Source: Tubulanus polymorphus (taxonomy: Eukaryota; Animalia; Nemertea). From it: 64,000 nucleotides of DNA. The notes under the pieces were generated by a model. It saw nothing but the letters and a program-made list of their open reading frames with translations, ran no database searches and was not told the DNA's origin. Of the stretch, positions 11,857 to 23,589 are shown piece after piece. Both the position numbers and the translations under genes were made by a program. Within the stretch, counting starts at the first letter, position 1, and the number at the start of each line of letters is the position of its first letter. The stretch lies in assembly GCF_964204645.1 (NCBI RefSeq), contig NC_134030.1:10071222-10135221 (forward strand). The letters are read 5' to 3'.

Positions 11857-13440
11857 AATAAGCCTTTTTACAGTTTCCTGGCGCCATTTTTTGGGTACCC
11901 GCCGGGTCCGGATTGTTGAATTTTTGTCCCTATTTTTCTCCGGTTTAATTTTTCTATTTCTTTCATATCCCTGTATTTGATTAACATAGAAGCAAAGTAA
12001 AAATATCGATGGACTCGGCTGATAATAAACTTTTTTATTACATCACTCATTTATTAAGTTAATGCAACAATGTGCGCTGGTGAAGTTATAACATAGAATT
12101 CGTGTCAAATCTCAAAACAACTATCAAACGCACGAGATCAATTTTGACAGAAAGTAAACGAATGTTATGTTCCTCACTATATACTAATATATTCCAAAGT
12201 TCCAATCTTTCCAACACAATCGACTAAGCTAAATATATTCAAATTCAATTTGAAACACCTTCCAGCTCGTGTCACGATCAGTAATAAAGATCGAACATCG
12301 AACATTCTCAAAAAAGCAAACCCGATCCAACGGTTTGCAAGCGTCAAGTTTGACACAGCCATGGCTGCCTCCATTTGCATGGAGCTGCTGCTGAATATTC
12401 AAAAATGTAAATCGGGTACCGGTATTTAACTGAAGACCGAGTGCTCGCCATTACACCATGGTATTTCTGATAGTTAACTTTTGAGCAACTGGCTCCAGAA
12501 TCACCTGCCAACGGCCATATTTTATTGATGCAATGTACTGTGAAACAATATATAATATTGACGGGAGATCAATGAAACTTAAATGCCTGACACTAAAAGA
12601 CTTATTTCGAATTTTCGACTATCTTAGATGATTGGGAGAGGGGTCCAAAATGAGGACATTTTCCGTAGATTAAAGCTGCGAGTAGGGTGCTCCTCGGTGT
12701 TGAAACAAATACATCCAAAACAATTCAATTTGCAAGCGGATGATTGTTAGATTTGTAGGTTTTATGCGATCACTGTCTTGACAAAGATGGTAACCTTAAT
12801 GGGAAGGAGCAGGTGTCCGGACTACCGACCCTCCAAACCCGTAGTCTGTCCCTGTGTTACTAGAAATATATCTCTATTTACCATTTCTTTCAAATAACTA
12901 GGTGCCCTTGTTTCCATAGTTACTGAAAATTTTGATTTTAACAAAGTAAGACCGGTTAAATTGTCAAATTTCTTGATATAAATATGCAAACATGATACTC
13001 AAGAATACGTGTTTTGGAAGTTTGACTCGCAATTACTTAAAAACTAATACGGATGATTGAAAACGGTAAAAAGAATATAAGACCGCATATAGGTGTTTAT
13101 TGATCCTGAAAACTCAAAAAATTTAGATTAAAATTTGTAAGAATTACGAACTTTTGAATGAAATGAGCAATAATTCAAGTTGAATTATCGGGAAGACGAT
13201 ATCAATGTTTATAACTTCACCAGCGCGCATTTTTGCATTAACTTTATGATTGAGTAATAAAATAAAAAAACTAATTGTCAGCTGAGTCCATCGATATTTT
13301 CACTTCGTTTCTATCTTTATCGAATCCAGAGGAATGAAATTAAAATATTAAACGGGGATAAAATAGGGACAAAAAATTCAACAATGCGGACCCGGCGGGT
13401 ACCCAAAAAATAGTGCCTAGAAACTGTAAAACGGCTTATT
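11857..13440. mobile_element. Non-autonomous DNA transposon, 1.58 kb, with TIRs of about 235 bp
   Basis: aataagcctttttacagtttcc...gcgctggtgaagttataa (11857-12090) is inverted at 13208-13440. No internal transposase ORF. Confidence 0.8.
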
Positions 13441-14539
13441 AGATGAATTGTTAAAATGCCATGGCATTTATACCGCGTACCAATAGAACCTCTATTCATG
13501 TATTACTATTATGATGTTTTCGCATAAAAGGACCACTTGATATATGATGTAAACATCGATCGAAATCCGGAGTAGTTGCCGAATGGTTTTGGGTTCGAAT
13601 CCCAGCAGTGGCTTACTCGAATGTTCACTACTAGTATCTCCCCTTAATCGAAAAAAAATTGAACCCGAAAACCACTTATTACGCCCGAGTGACGTTCACT
13701 GGATTGAGGGATGAAAACTTCAAATATTTAGATATCATGTAAAGCCACGAAGAGAGACGCCAAATAAACCACATTAAAATACTTGCATAGAATTTTGAAC
13801 ACGAGACATCGAAAAACTTCACTCACCGACCGTAAGAACAAAGACAGCAATATACATCATCGCAGTTTCGTGAAAAACAGATCCTATGCGCTAGATTTTA
13901 TACTTTTTGCGGTCTATTTTATTTACCAGGGAAGAATAATCTCCCCGACAAATATCATGATTTGTTTAGTCAGTTCCATGTGATCAAATTTGAATGCTAC
14001 ATATATTGTGACGAATCCTCGAGCGTGGTAAAAATCATATTCCTTAGAATTAGCTTTGTTGGCAGCTGATTACAAAATTTTTAATATAAGAATTATCGTT
14101 TGTTTAGTTTGTGCGGCGTTACTGTGTTGCTTTCTGCAGATGACAGTCACATCTCACATTGTCAACGACCGAAGAAATATTCAATATAGACCGTATAGGC
14201 TTATTATATGGTTCAAACTTACCCAGAGCCGCGACTATAGGGCCAGGGTTTGATTTTTTTTTACACGGAGATGGGGTTTGTCTTTTTCCACTGCAACTTG
14301 TCTAGCCCGGATGTATTGATGATGACGGAGTGCAAATCCTCTCAAAAATAATTATTAGAATTTATCAAAAACAAGATAAGAGAGAAACACATTCAATAAC
14401 AAAATGAATGCCAAAATTAAAAATTTGAATTCTTATTTTGAAACGCCAATATGTGTAATGCACATCGACTCGCACAGAACCCCTTATATAACGCATACTA
14501 GGTATAGATGTATATAAACATTATTTCAACGGTTTTTTA

Positions 14540-15072
14540 TGGTGGCTGATAAGGGCCATAGCGTAAAATTCCTGGTATGTAAATGAGGGCGCCAGAACGC
14601 CAGAACGCCAAAACGAAAAAAAACGTCCAATTTTCTCTAAAAGTTCGTTTTGGCACGCCAAAACAAAGAAAATTCCGTTTTGGCGCACCCGCCAAAACGA
14701 ACTTTCGTTTTGGCGCCCCCGCCAAAACAACGAAAAACGTCGAAATTTCTCTAAAAGTTCGTTTTGGCGCCCCCGCCAAAACGAACTTTAAACCACGTAA
14801 AATAATTCTATATATACGTAAAATATTATCATATATGCAAATTTATGCAAATTACACACAAGATCAACGCGCCAAATTGAAAAATAATTTTACTGTGGTT
14901 GAATGCTTGTTTTGGCGGGGGCCAAAACCAAAAGTATTGTTTTCTCGCGCGAAAAAACCAGTAGTTTTGAATTCTCGCGCGAGAAAACCAAAAAAGGGCC
15001 AATGTGAAAATTTTTTCATCGTTGCTCTTGCCGTACAGAAAATTTGTTTAGTATGGCCCGAATCAGCCACCA
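14540..15072. mobile_element. MITE with TIR TGGTGGCTGAT..GGGCCATA, TTA duplication and internal palindromic subrepeats
   Basis: tta|tggtggctgataagggccata ... tatggcccgaatcagccacca|tta. A related shorter copy lies at about 24107-24295. Confidence 0.7.
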
Positions 15073-15883
15073 TTAATACTGAAGAAAGTGATTTCTTTAT
15101 AAGTTTCCAATATAAAAATTGTTGAATATGCATGAAGATTCTCAGCGCACGAAAAACATTCAGAACACCGAATAACTAAAGCTATTTCATACAGTTTGTG
15201 AGGATGTCAAAATTGGGGAATTTCCTCGCTACTAATTTAATATCATATAATATTTCAGCAAATCAGATATCTCACAATCATAGTGGGAATGATATGCAGA
15301 TAACAGTGACCCAGTCTGTCGTACTGATTCACCCAACTCTCATCTCAGCGTTACATACCTACTAAACCTATTCATTTTTTTGCAGTTATATAGTTTTCTT
15401 TTACGTATCGCGTGTTGCTGGTTAGAATTGTCAAAAGCTGTGTAAATTCAAATTCACGATATCTGAAACATCAACGTGGCAGACTGCTGCGCAAACTATA
15501 CGAGATAGGTAGTGGGATAACATAATAACGACCTACGCGAATAGACTCGAGTATCGTATGTCGTCATCCTCCACCGGCAGGGGTTCGAAACTGATTTCAT
15601 CGCTAGATTCGGCCTCGGCACGGAAACCTGCCACACTAGTCCGAGTGCGACACACGCAGGTTTGTAGAGACCTTCAGTCTAATAATGGCATCATCTAATA
15701 GGCAGCACATCTAGCTGCGCATTCGGGCTACTGGATTCGGGCCGTGGCAGTCTCGATGCCATCAGGCGAATCCCTGCCGGGGAGGAGGGTAAACCGTTCG
15801 CTTGCAGACTCGGTTATTCTGTACCGTGTGGACCTCCTCGAATCGCCTTTGTCTGGACCTCCTCGCATTTCTAAAAAAGAACC

Positions 15884-16087
15884 CAGGGGCCGGTTTTATA
15901 GACTGGTATTAACCGTAACCCGGGGGCTAACTTAATTCATTTTCAATGAATCACCAGTCTTTTGGTGATGATCCGGGCCCGGAGATGATTCTATAGACTG
16001 GTTTTAATTCGGGGGTTAACTCAATTCATTTTCATTTGAGTTAGCCCCCGGGTTAATGGAAATACCAGTCTATAAAACCGGTCCCTG
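15884..16087. mobile_element. MITE with TIR CAGGGGCCGGTTTTATAGACTGG
   Basis: Terminal inverted repeats seen directly. Partial relative at 18215-18345. Confidence 0.7.
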
Positions 16088-17089
16088 AAGTTTCGATCTC
16101 GTCTCGAAATTATATTTATAATGTTGTATGTACATATTGTAAGCCCATATCCCTGATGTTGCCATGGTGTAAGAATATTCCCAATACAATCCAAGATCAA
16201 ACGCGAGAGACAGCAATCGGTATTATATCTATATGGTTAGGATATACAACGCTTTTTTTTCCGATAAAAATTGGGTGATTGATATGTATACTCTATGAGA
16301 GAAAAGTCACAATCAGTCATTTTTTTCGCTTATTTCATCAATTGGGTATATATTTACACCCAGTAAACATTCTTATCGGGCCCACGTCGGCATTCAGTCG
16401 ACCAGCAAGTCGCTCTTAAGTCGTACATGGTTGAGGGCCGATGAGCCTTTTGCTCATCCAAGTACGATGCGGACCTTCAGCGTCAGTAGTGCGACTTAAA
16501 CCCGACCTTCGTTAATATTGTGCCGACTATAGTTGTTTACATGGAAAAGCCTCTCCAAGTACCAGCTGGATTTATTGACGGTAATAACCCGAATGTACTT
16601 GTACTTGAGCCGAACGAATTAATTTCGCTAAAACGAGCATCTTCAATCATTCGAAAATATGTTGTTACGCATGTGAAGCCGCAATGTCGTATTTCCGGGT
16701 CGTATTTGATTATAGGTACCAAACTCAATAGGGGGAATTTCAGCTGGTGTAACTCAAATGTATGCGGTAGTTGTATTAGACCATCTCTTTGTCTACATAG
16801 ATTACATTCACAGTTGCCAGCCGTCATTTTGTCATGATATTTTCTTTTTTTAAACAAGAGCTCCATGTAGCATTATACTGCCGAAGCCTGTAGCTATGGT
16901 TATCAATTTCTGAAATATGATATTGTATAATATTAATATAGTAATATTAGCAAATTGTATGCAGTCTCTTTGGATTTTTTCCGAGGTATTTGATTTATAG
17001 ACAGGTCATTCTTTATTACCCCGCCACACTAGACCGAGTACATACGAAGGTTAACCACACTGCGTCACCAATCACGGTAAAACTTTGAA

Positions 17090-17655
17090 TGGGAAAACCC
17101 GAGCTAAGATAAAACAGAATATCTGATTGGTTAATAAGGACATCATATCAAGGCGCGCGTGTTCGTACCGTGGCGAGTCTCGATGCCATCGGATTCGAAT
17201 CCCTGCCGATAGATGATGTATCATAAGAACCCACCTTATGCAGATTAAAAGTTTTGAAATCGAGAATCTATTCAACAAAAAATTGATCGAAACAAAACGA
17301 CGATTCGATCTCACACTAGACATCATCGTCAGGTGTCTCTGGTGTGAGATGAATTTTTGCTTACAATATGAACATACAACATTATAAGCATAATTTCGAG
17401 ACGAGATTGAAACGTCGTGTCTTTTAGATTAATTTCTGATTGAATAAATTCTCGATTTTAAAACGTTTAATCTGTATATAGTGGGTTCTTATGATAAATG
17501 CTCTATCGGCAGGAATTCGAAACTGATGGCATCGAGACTCGCCACGGTGCGAAACCCAGCCACACTATAGACGGAGTGCTCAGCTAAACGCTCAGCTTAT
17601 ATGATGTCATCATAAAGCAATCAGATATTCCGATTTATCTTAGCCCGGTTTTCTT
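17090..17655. mobile_element. Inverted pair of Penelope-like pLTR fragments with a mutated hammerhead motif
   Basis: 17090-17312 is the approximate reverse complement of 17403-17655. The minus strand reads acacCTGACGAtgatgtctagtgtgagatcGAATcgtc at 17336-17299. Confidence 0.6.
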
Positions 17656-18697
17656 TAATCCTATTATCTGTTCTCCACATTTGGTTATTCTATTCTTATA
17701 TCGTATTGGTGAGCAATATTACCAAAATAACCGAAACTGACCAGATCATCTGGAAAGATGATCAAATTGAACACGTCTAATATTTTTTAGTCAAAGGTTT
17801 TATCAACCTTTGACATAGGTTAATAAAGATCAGATACATTCTGAATTGAATTTGATCGATACTGGACGGATAATCTGCTCTTTTGCGACCATTCAATCAA
17901 AGTTCATACACGATACCAGGTGGGTACGATTATGATGTATTAGATTATAGATTTCCGTGTAACAGCAGTGCAGATTAGAGGGGAAATTATGTTGTTATTG
18001 CGACAACAATTCAAACGCATGGCTCGTTAGCGGATCGACACACAGATAGAACATTTAGATTTCTCTTCCGTTTTAGATTAGTTGGAAAAAATATCTTTTT
18101 TATCATCCAAATGTCATTTACGCTACTATACTACCATCTATCGCCATTGATAGAATCGTGTTTTGACGATATTCGAGAATTTAGATTTCCCCGCAACTTT
18201 TTTTCATCTTCTCGACCTGGTTTTGTAGACTCGTATTAACCTCAACCCGGGGGCTAACTCAATTCATTGATAACTGTGTTAAAGAAAATTACACTCTATA
18301 AAACCGGGCCCAGGGCCTAGCCCCAAGCCCCGGTTTTATAGAGGAATGCTTTTAAAACGATACGGTACGGAATATTTCGAAAACGGTAGCAAGGAATTTA
18401 AGTCTGAAGATTTGAACGACATTAATTCGATACAATCTGTCAGCTGAATCATCAAAGTTTCAACCCCACTCCAACGTTCAACGTGCACCGTATCGATGAC
18501 GGGACTATTGATTTCGGGTCAAGCGAAAATATTGCCAATTACCGAAGGTCTGGCCGTGGTCTGACTTACAAATGACCCGCATATTCGATTTCGATTTCCA
18601 CACCGCCAGTTTGAGATCGCTGTCATTTGTTGATTAGGTTATAAACGCGAAGCTTTTGATTGTCTTTACTCGAAACAAAAATTTTCGAAAAAAGAAA

Positions 18698-21600
18698 ATG
18701 AAAAACAGAATGGAAGGTGTGTGCGTGATGATAGGTCTAATTTGGGCTAGTTTAGTAGTTTCGTTATCGGACGCGGCACTGGAGCCTGAACTACTTTTTG
18801 ATGATAAAGAAATCTACTGTCAACCAAAGAATATGACATACGCCACCGGGGATAGTACCATGTTTGTTCATTATGCGGTAGGTGGTGTTATTTAGTGATA
18901 ACCTTAGATTTTAACACTGCGGTGCAAATTTTCTCGTACGCGCTTCGGTTTTAGTGACATTTTTTCTAGTCCTTGGAGTCGATAGCGCATATCAAAAGTC
19001 AAGATTTAAGACCATCAATTGGTCCTATAGCCAACTAACAACTTCGACTCTGCTTTCGAAAAATTATTCCATTTTATTATTAAAATTATTAAAAATTATT
19101 GAAATTATTACATTTTACAGTTTCACAGTTGCTAGCCGCCATTTTGTTAGGGTACTTTTGTCCTGTATTGTTGGGTCATTTTTTTCTCTTTTTTAATAAC
19201 TATCCGTGATGCGTGTTGTATCATATTTCATCTGTCCCTGGATGGATTTTGACGGTTTCAGCAACATTCAAACCGTGTGAATCTCTAGTTTTCAGTTATG
19301 TAAAAATCATTTCTAATATTTGCAACAATGCGACATGGGAGCGATATATAAATCGGTGGTCAGTTTTTGCCGTGCGCATAAAAATCCAGGGTACTGAACT
19401 TTGAAGTTCGTTATTTTCAGAAATAAGTTTCCAAAAAATCCAAACATTTCAAGAACTGTGCGTATAAACGTCCCCTTTCAGGTGAACTTTAAAATTTTCA
19501 GATATCTTGCCAAGTTTTTATCCTATGACTCTTTAGCTGCAGCGCGTGTATTGTCATTCCGAGATTCGGCGCCATTTTCTTTGCATGTATTTCAGTATAT
19601 GAGTGTTATTTTTTCACTTTCATTACACTTGTTTCCACGGAAAATGGTTTTAATTGTTGGTACGTGTATCAGGTTTAAATATTACGGCATTAATACTGTA
19701 CTCCGTTCTCCGGCGCTAGTTCGTAATGGCTGTAATGGTAGCCGCTTTTGCAGCAGGCAGAGGCTTACGTAAATGCACCCAAGAAAACCCAAATTATCAC
19801 TCATTTGTTGTAAATGCAATCCACGCACTGCTTGCGTTTTTGTGATGGTAGATGTCACTTTTTACTTTTTATCACCTGTGTCTGACATTCAGACTTGAAA
19901 CTTGATATTTCACCACCAAAACAAGAAAACGTTTTCTTATATTTTCTTCCCGATCTAATCGATCTTTTGTGTACTTTTGTATAGAGAGTATTCATACAAA
20001 GTTGCTGAATATCTCCCCCACCCCATATGTACAGCTTTTTGACCACTTCTCTATCCATCTTATTTAAGTAGATTTTTATGCAAATTAATTGATGGACTAC
20101 TGATTTGAATGGTCATCATACTCGATTTTGAGTGTTATATTTCTTTTCTTCTACCATCTCAATATAGGCCTATTCTCTTCCAGCGCGCAACTTCGAATGG
20201 GCGCGTGGTCAAAATACCGCTCAGTCTCTGTTGCTGAAACTGGTCAGAAAAATCCTTCAAACCCCAACCTCTCTAATGTCTTCGATCTATTATATTGCAT
20301 AAATAACGTAATATTAACACCTGATACCCGTACCAACAATTAAAACCATTTTCCGTGGAGACAAGCGTTGTAAAAATGAAAAAAATAATACCCATATACT
20401 GAAATACACGCATAGAAAACAGCGCCGAAACTCGGAATGACAATACACGTGCTGCAGTTAAAGAGCCATAGGATAAAAACTTGGCAAGATATCTGAAAAT
20501 TTTAATTCTAGTTCACCTGAAAGGGGACATTTATGCGCACAGTTCTTGAAATGTTTGGATTTTTTGGAAACTTGTTTCTGAAAATAACGAACTTCAAAGT
20601 TCAGTACCCTGGATTTTAATGCGCACGGCAAAAACTGATCACCGATTTATATATCGCTGCCATGTTGCATTGTTGCAAATTTTAAAAATCATTTTTACAT
20701 AACTGAAAACTAGAGATTCACACGGTTTGAATGTTGCTGAAACCGTCAAAATCCATCCAGGGACAGATGAAATATGATACAACACGCATTACGGATAGTT
20801 ATTAAAAAAGAGAAAAAAATGACCCAACAATACAGGACAAAAGTACCCTAACAAAATGGCGGCTAGCAACTGTAAAATGGTTTATTACTACCGAAACAGT
20901 TATGAGTCATTACCAATAGTTTCTGCCTGTCATTCAAATCTGTTAGAAACGTTATGATAGAACCATAACCTTGTTGTTGGATAGTTTGCATATAATTGTC
21001 ATTTATACTACCATACTACCATCGATAACCATTGACGAAACACTATTTCCGTGTTTTGACGATAAATTGAGAATCCCATGCTAACGTAACGAGAAAGATG
21101 GTATATTCCTAAAGATGACTATTAAGTTATAGTCGAAATGCCGAATCGATTAATTCTTAGCTCAAGGAAGCTTCTCATCTTTGTGTTTATATAAGTATAT
21201 CATCCTGAGATTTCCTTAAAACCAGCAGAGTTGCTCTATCATAAATCTTCAAGTCGACTATCAGGAACCAAGACAAGTGAATGTGGGATTTACCTCCCAA
21301 ATTCGCTGATCTTTTTCCTAACCCTAAATGCATCAATATACGTTCATCATACCAGATGAAGAACTAAATTTCATTTCAATTCAAATGTTGAAAATCTACT
21401 TAGAGGAAAGCATCCTAAATGCTAATAGAATCAAGTAATAAAAACCAGCAAATGTTTGAATTATTTCAAAGCAAAGATGAAACGCCTTTATATCACCAAT
21501 TGTCGGTAACGACCATCCTCAGCCGCCAGTTGCTCACTGGCGGCTGAGGCAAGCTATCTGTTGCTTCAGAGCAGTACTCCATAACATTTTTAATCTATTT

Positions 21601-22289
21601 GTTCATTCATTAATTCCGTAGAAAAGTTTATACGTTATTATATCTATTGCCATTGTACAAATAGTTGTAATCAAATAGTTGTAATCTATTTCCGTAAAAA
21701 CAACAATAATCTGATACAATAATAGCAAGTTAAGATCATTCTTACGATTTAAGATCATTTTTGGACTAAAGTCACAACTGGGACTTTTGAGCTGTGCTGT
21801 TTAAACCGGCAACAAGGCTTTCATTCAGATCAGAAGTTCGAAATCATTCTAACTGCCTCGTACGAGCTTTATGGTTGAAATGATATGGTATATCTATCAC
21901 GCAGGTGTGCAAATTTGAATGCACGGCCGTTAGACCCAACCGCATTTGTACTGGAGAACGAATCACGGATTCACAGATCCCTGACGAGTACGTGAGATGT
22001 AGTTGCATGATTGAAGGCGACGAATGTAAGGTATTTGCTCATTATTTGTTTTCCTTCATAATTGACGTCCTTGATAACGACAATTCATAATAATATAATA
22101 TTTGGAATTTTGGCAATTACGCTTGAACTGACATCGTGACGTTAAAAGTGCTCATTTATCTATTTATCTATTTTTCTTTAGGAGAAACTCATTAATGACG
22201 ATGATAAAACGATCCACGTGGCTAGCGTATGTAGTTCGCCCAGTGATAAAAAAACTGAATGCCAGTTCACCGACCAAATGTGTATTTAG
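18698..22289 (+). CDS. Uncharacterised secreted cysteine-rich protein, 137 aa, 3 exons (18698-18877, 21905-22030, 22182-22289)
   Basis: All junctions GT-AG and phase 0 (gcg|gtaggt, gcag|gtg, aag|gtattt, tttag|gag). Hydrophobic signal peptide ending SLSDA. Ten Cys in the mature region. TATAAA at 18640-18645. Confidence 0.8.
19111..20879. mobile_element. Foldback-type element with inverted arms of about 570 bp, in intron 1 of the 10-Cys gene
   Basis: 19125-19690 is the reverse complement of 20303-20874. The 0.6-kb spacer has no convincing ORF. Confidence 0.88.
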
Positions 22290-22494
22290 GAAATGAGATG
22301 TTTCGGAAATGCATCGATAAAAAACCTCTACAGGATATTACCCTTATTTAGCTTGTTGAAGTTATTTTGATTGTTGAGTCGATACGAACTTGTACCTACA
22401 TCTCTTGAAACTACAGTTATCGATTTCTTAAAGACTGTTGTTATATAGTTCTCGACATCGAAGATTATACAAAACAATTAAGGGTTTGCGGGAT

Positions 22495-23080
22495 AAGTAC
22501 CCACTTGAGAAGTGGTTTCAGATGCTTGACTATATGACAATTTCAATAATCAACGCCCCTGGCGAACGTTTGCAGATACCATTCAAACTCACCACAATCA
22601 TACATTAGAACATGTCTGAATGGGTGCTCGCTATAGCGACCTTCTGGCTTTTGCTTGACCCTCATCAGAAAGCCTTCTCAAATTCACTTTCGTTCCGTTC
22701 GTAAATATTCGTAATCTATGCTTTCTTATGAAGAGAATTTAAATATCATGGGCTTCAACTTTGCAACTGAAAGTGGTAACATAATATGCATAGATCCAAA
22801 TAATATTTGATATATTATAGATAACAAACACTACGTAATTTCTCCATTCAATGCCGCCTGTTGAATGTATGTAGAAGCCAATGACCTTGAAAATCGCCAC
22901 AATCATAGAAAGTATCATGATCTACAACTTTGCTGGGTGATCCCAACAATATTCACCAAAGCACGTCTTCAAAACTTCCCATGAAAACATCACCAATCCA
23001 CAAAGTGCTGATATTGCAACAACAGCCAAATGCCGACCGTCTTGATTCCGATCGGGCCGGGTCATTTTTGGGCTGCAAAT
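22495..23080 (+). mobile_element. Degenerate copy of the DINE-1/Helentron-type element at 52061-53150
   Basis: Shares cccacttg.gaa.tggtttca.atgct, caacgcccctgg, ctcaccacaatcata and cgtcttcaaaacttccca. Confidence 0.6.
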
Positions 23081-23589
23081 GCGCCGTGAGTAGATCAACA
23101 GATAAAGCAAATACTTCTCAAGAAAACGAAGATTCTGTCTACAGAGAGTTTTTCTGATCGCACAAAGTCACACGAACGACGAAGCTCACACGTTTGAAGC
23201 AATTGTTCAGTTGACGCCGATAGCTGAGAATGTACGTTAGTCGAATACACACTTAACAGGGGCGGACCCAGGGAGAAAGGAAAGGGGGGGTGGCCTTTTG
23301 CTAAGCTTCGCAGCAATTTCGTTGTTCACTTTCAAAATGAATTTTTTTGGATCCTCTAAGAATTGGTAAAACACCCCATTGCCACATCAAAGTTTGGGTA
23401 TTTTTTCAGTTGTTTAATCATAGTTTTTCATCATTCTCAAGAAATCTTTCTCAAGAAAATGTATTCAGTACGGAATATTTGAGGACGAAATTTCAAGGGA
23501 CCTCAACATTTTAGGGAATTGGAGTCCAGAGCCCCATGGACATCCCCCTGGATCCGCTACTGACTAAAGCTTTAAAGCAACTAGGAAAG

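Noticed and set aside
14590-14930. CRISPR-like palindromic repeats and the 180-aa ORF 14583-15125
   Set aside because: Spacers are irregular and partly duplicated, there are no cas genes, the context is eukaryotic, and the block lies within MITE TIRs.
19690-20303. Transposase in the foldback spacer (ORFs 19855-20058, 20128-20343)
   Set aside because: Short, with no recognisable DDE or DNA-binding motif.
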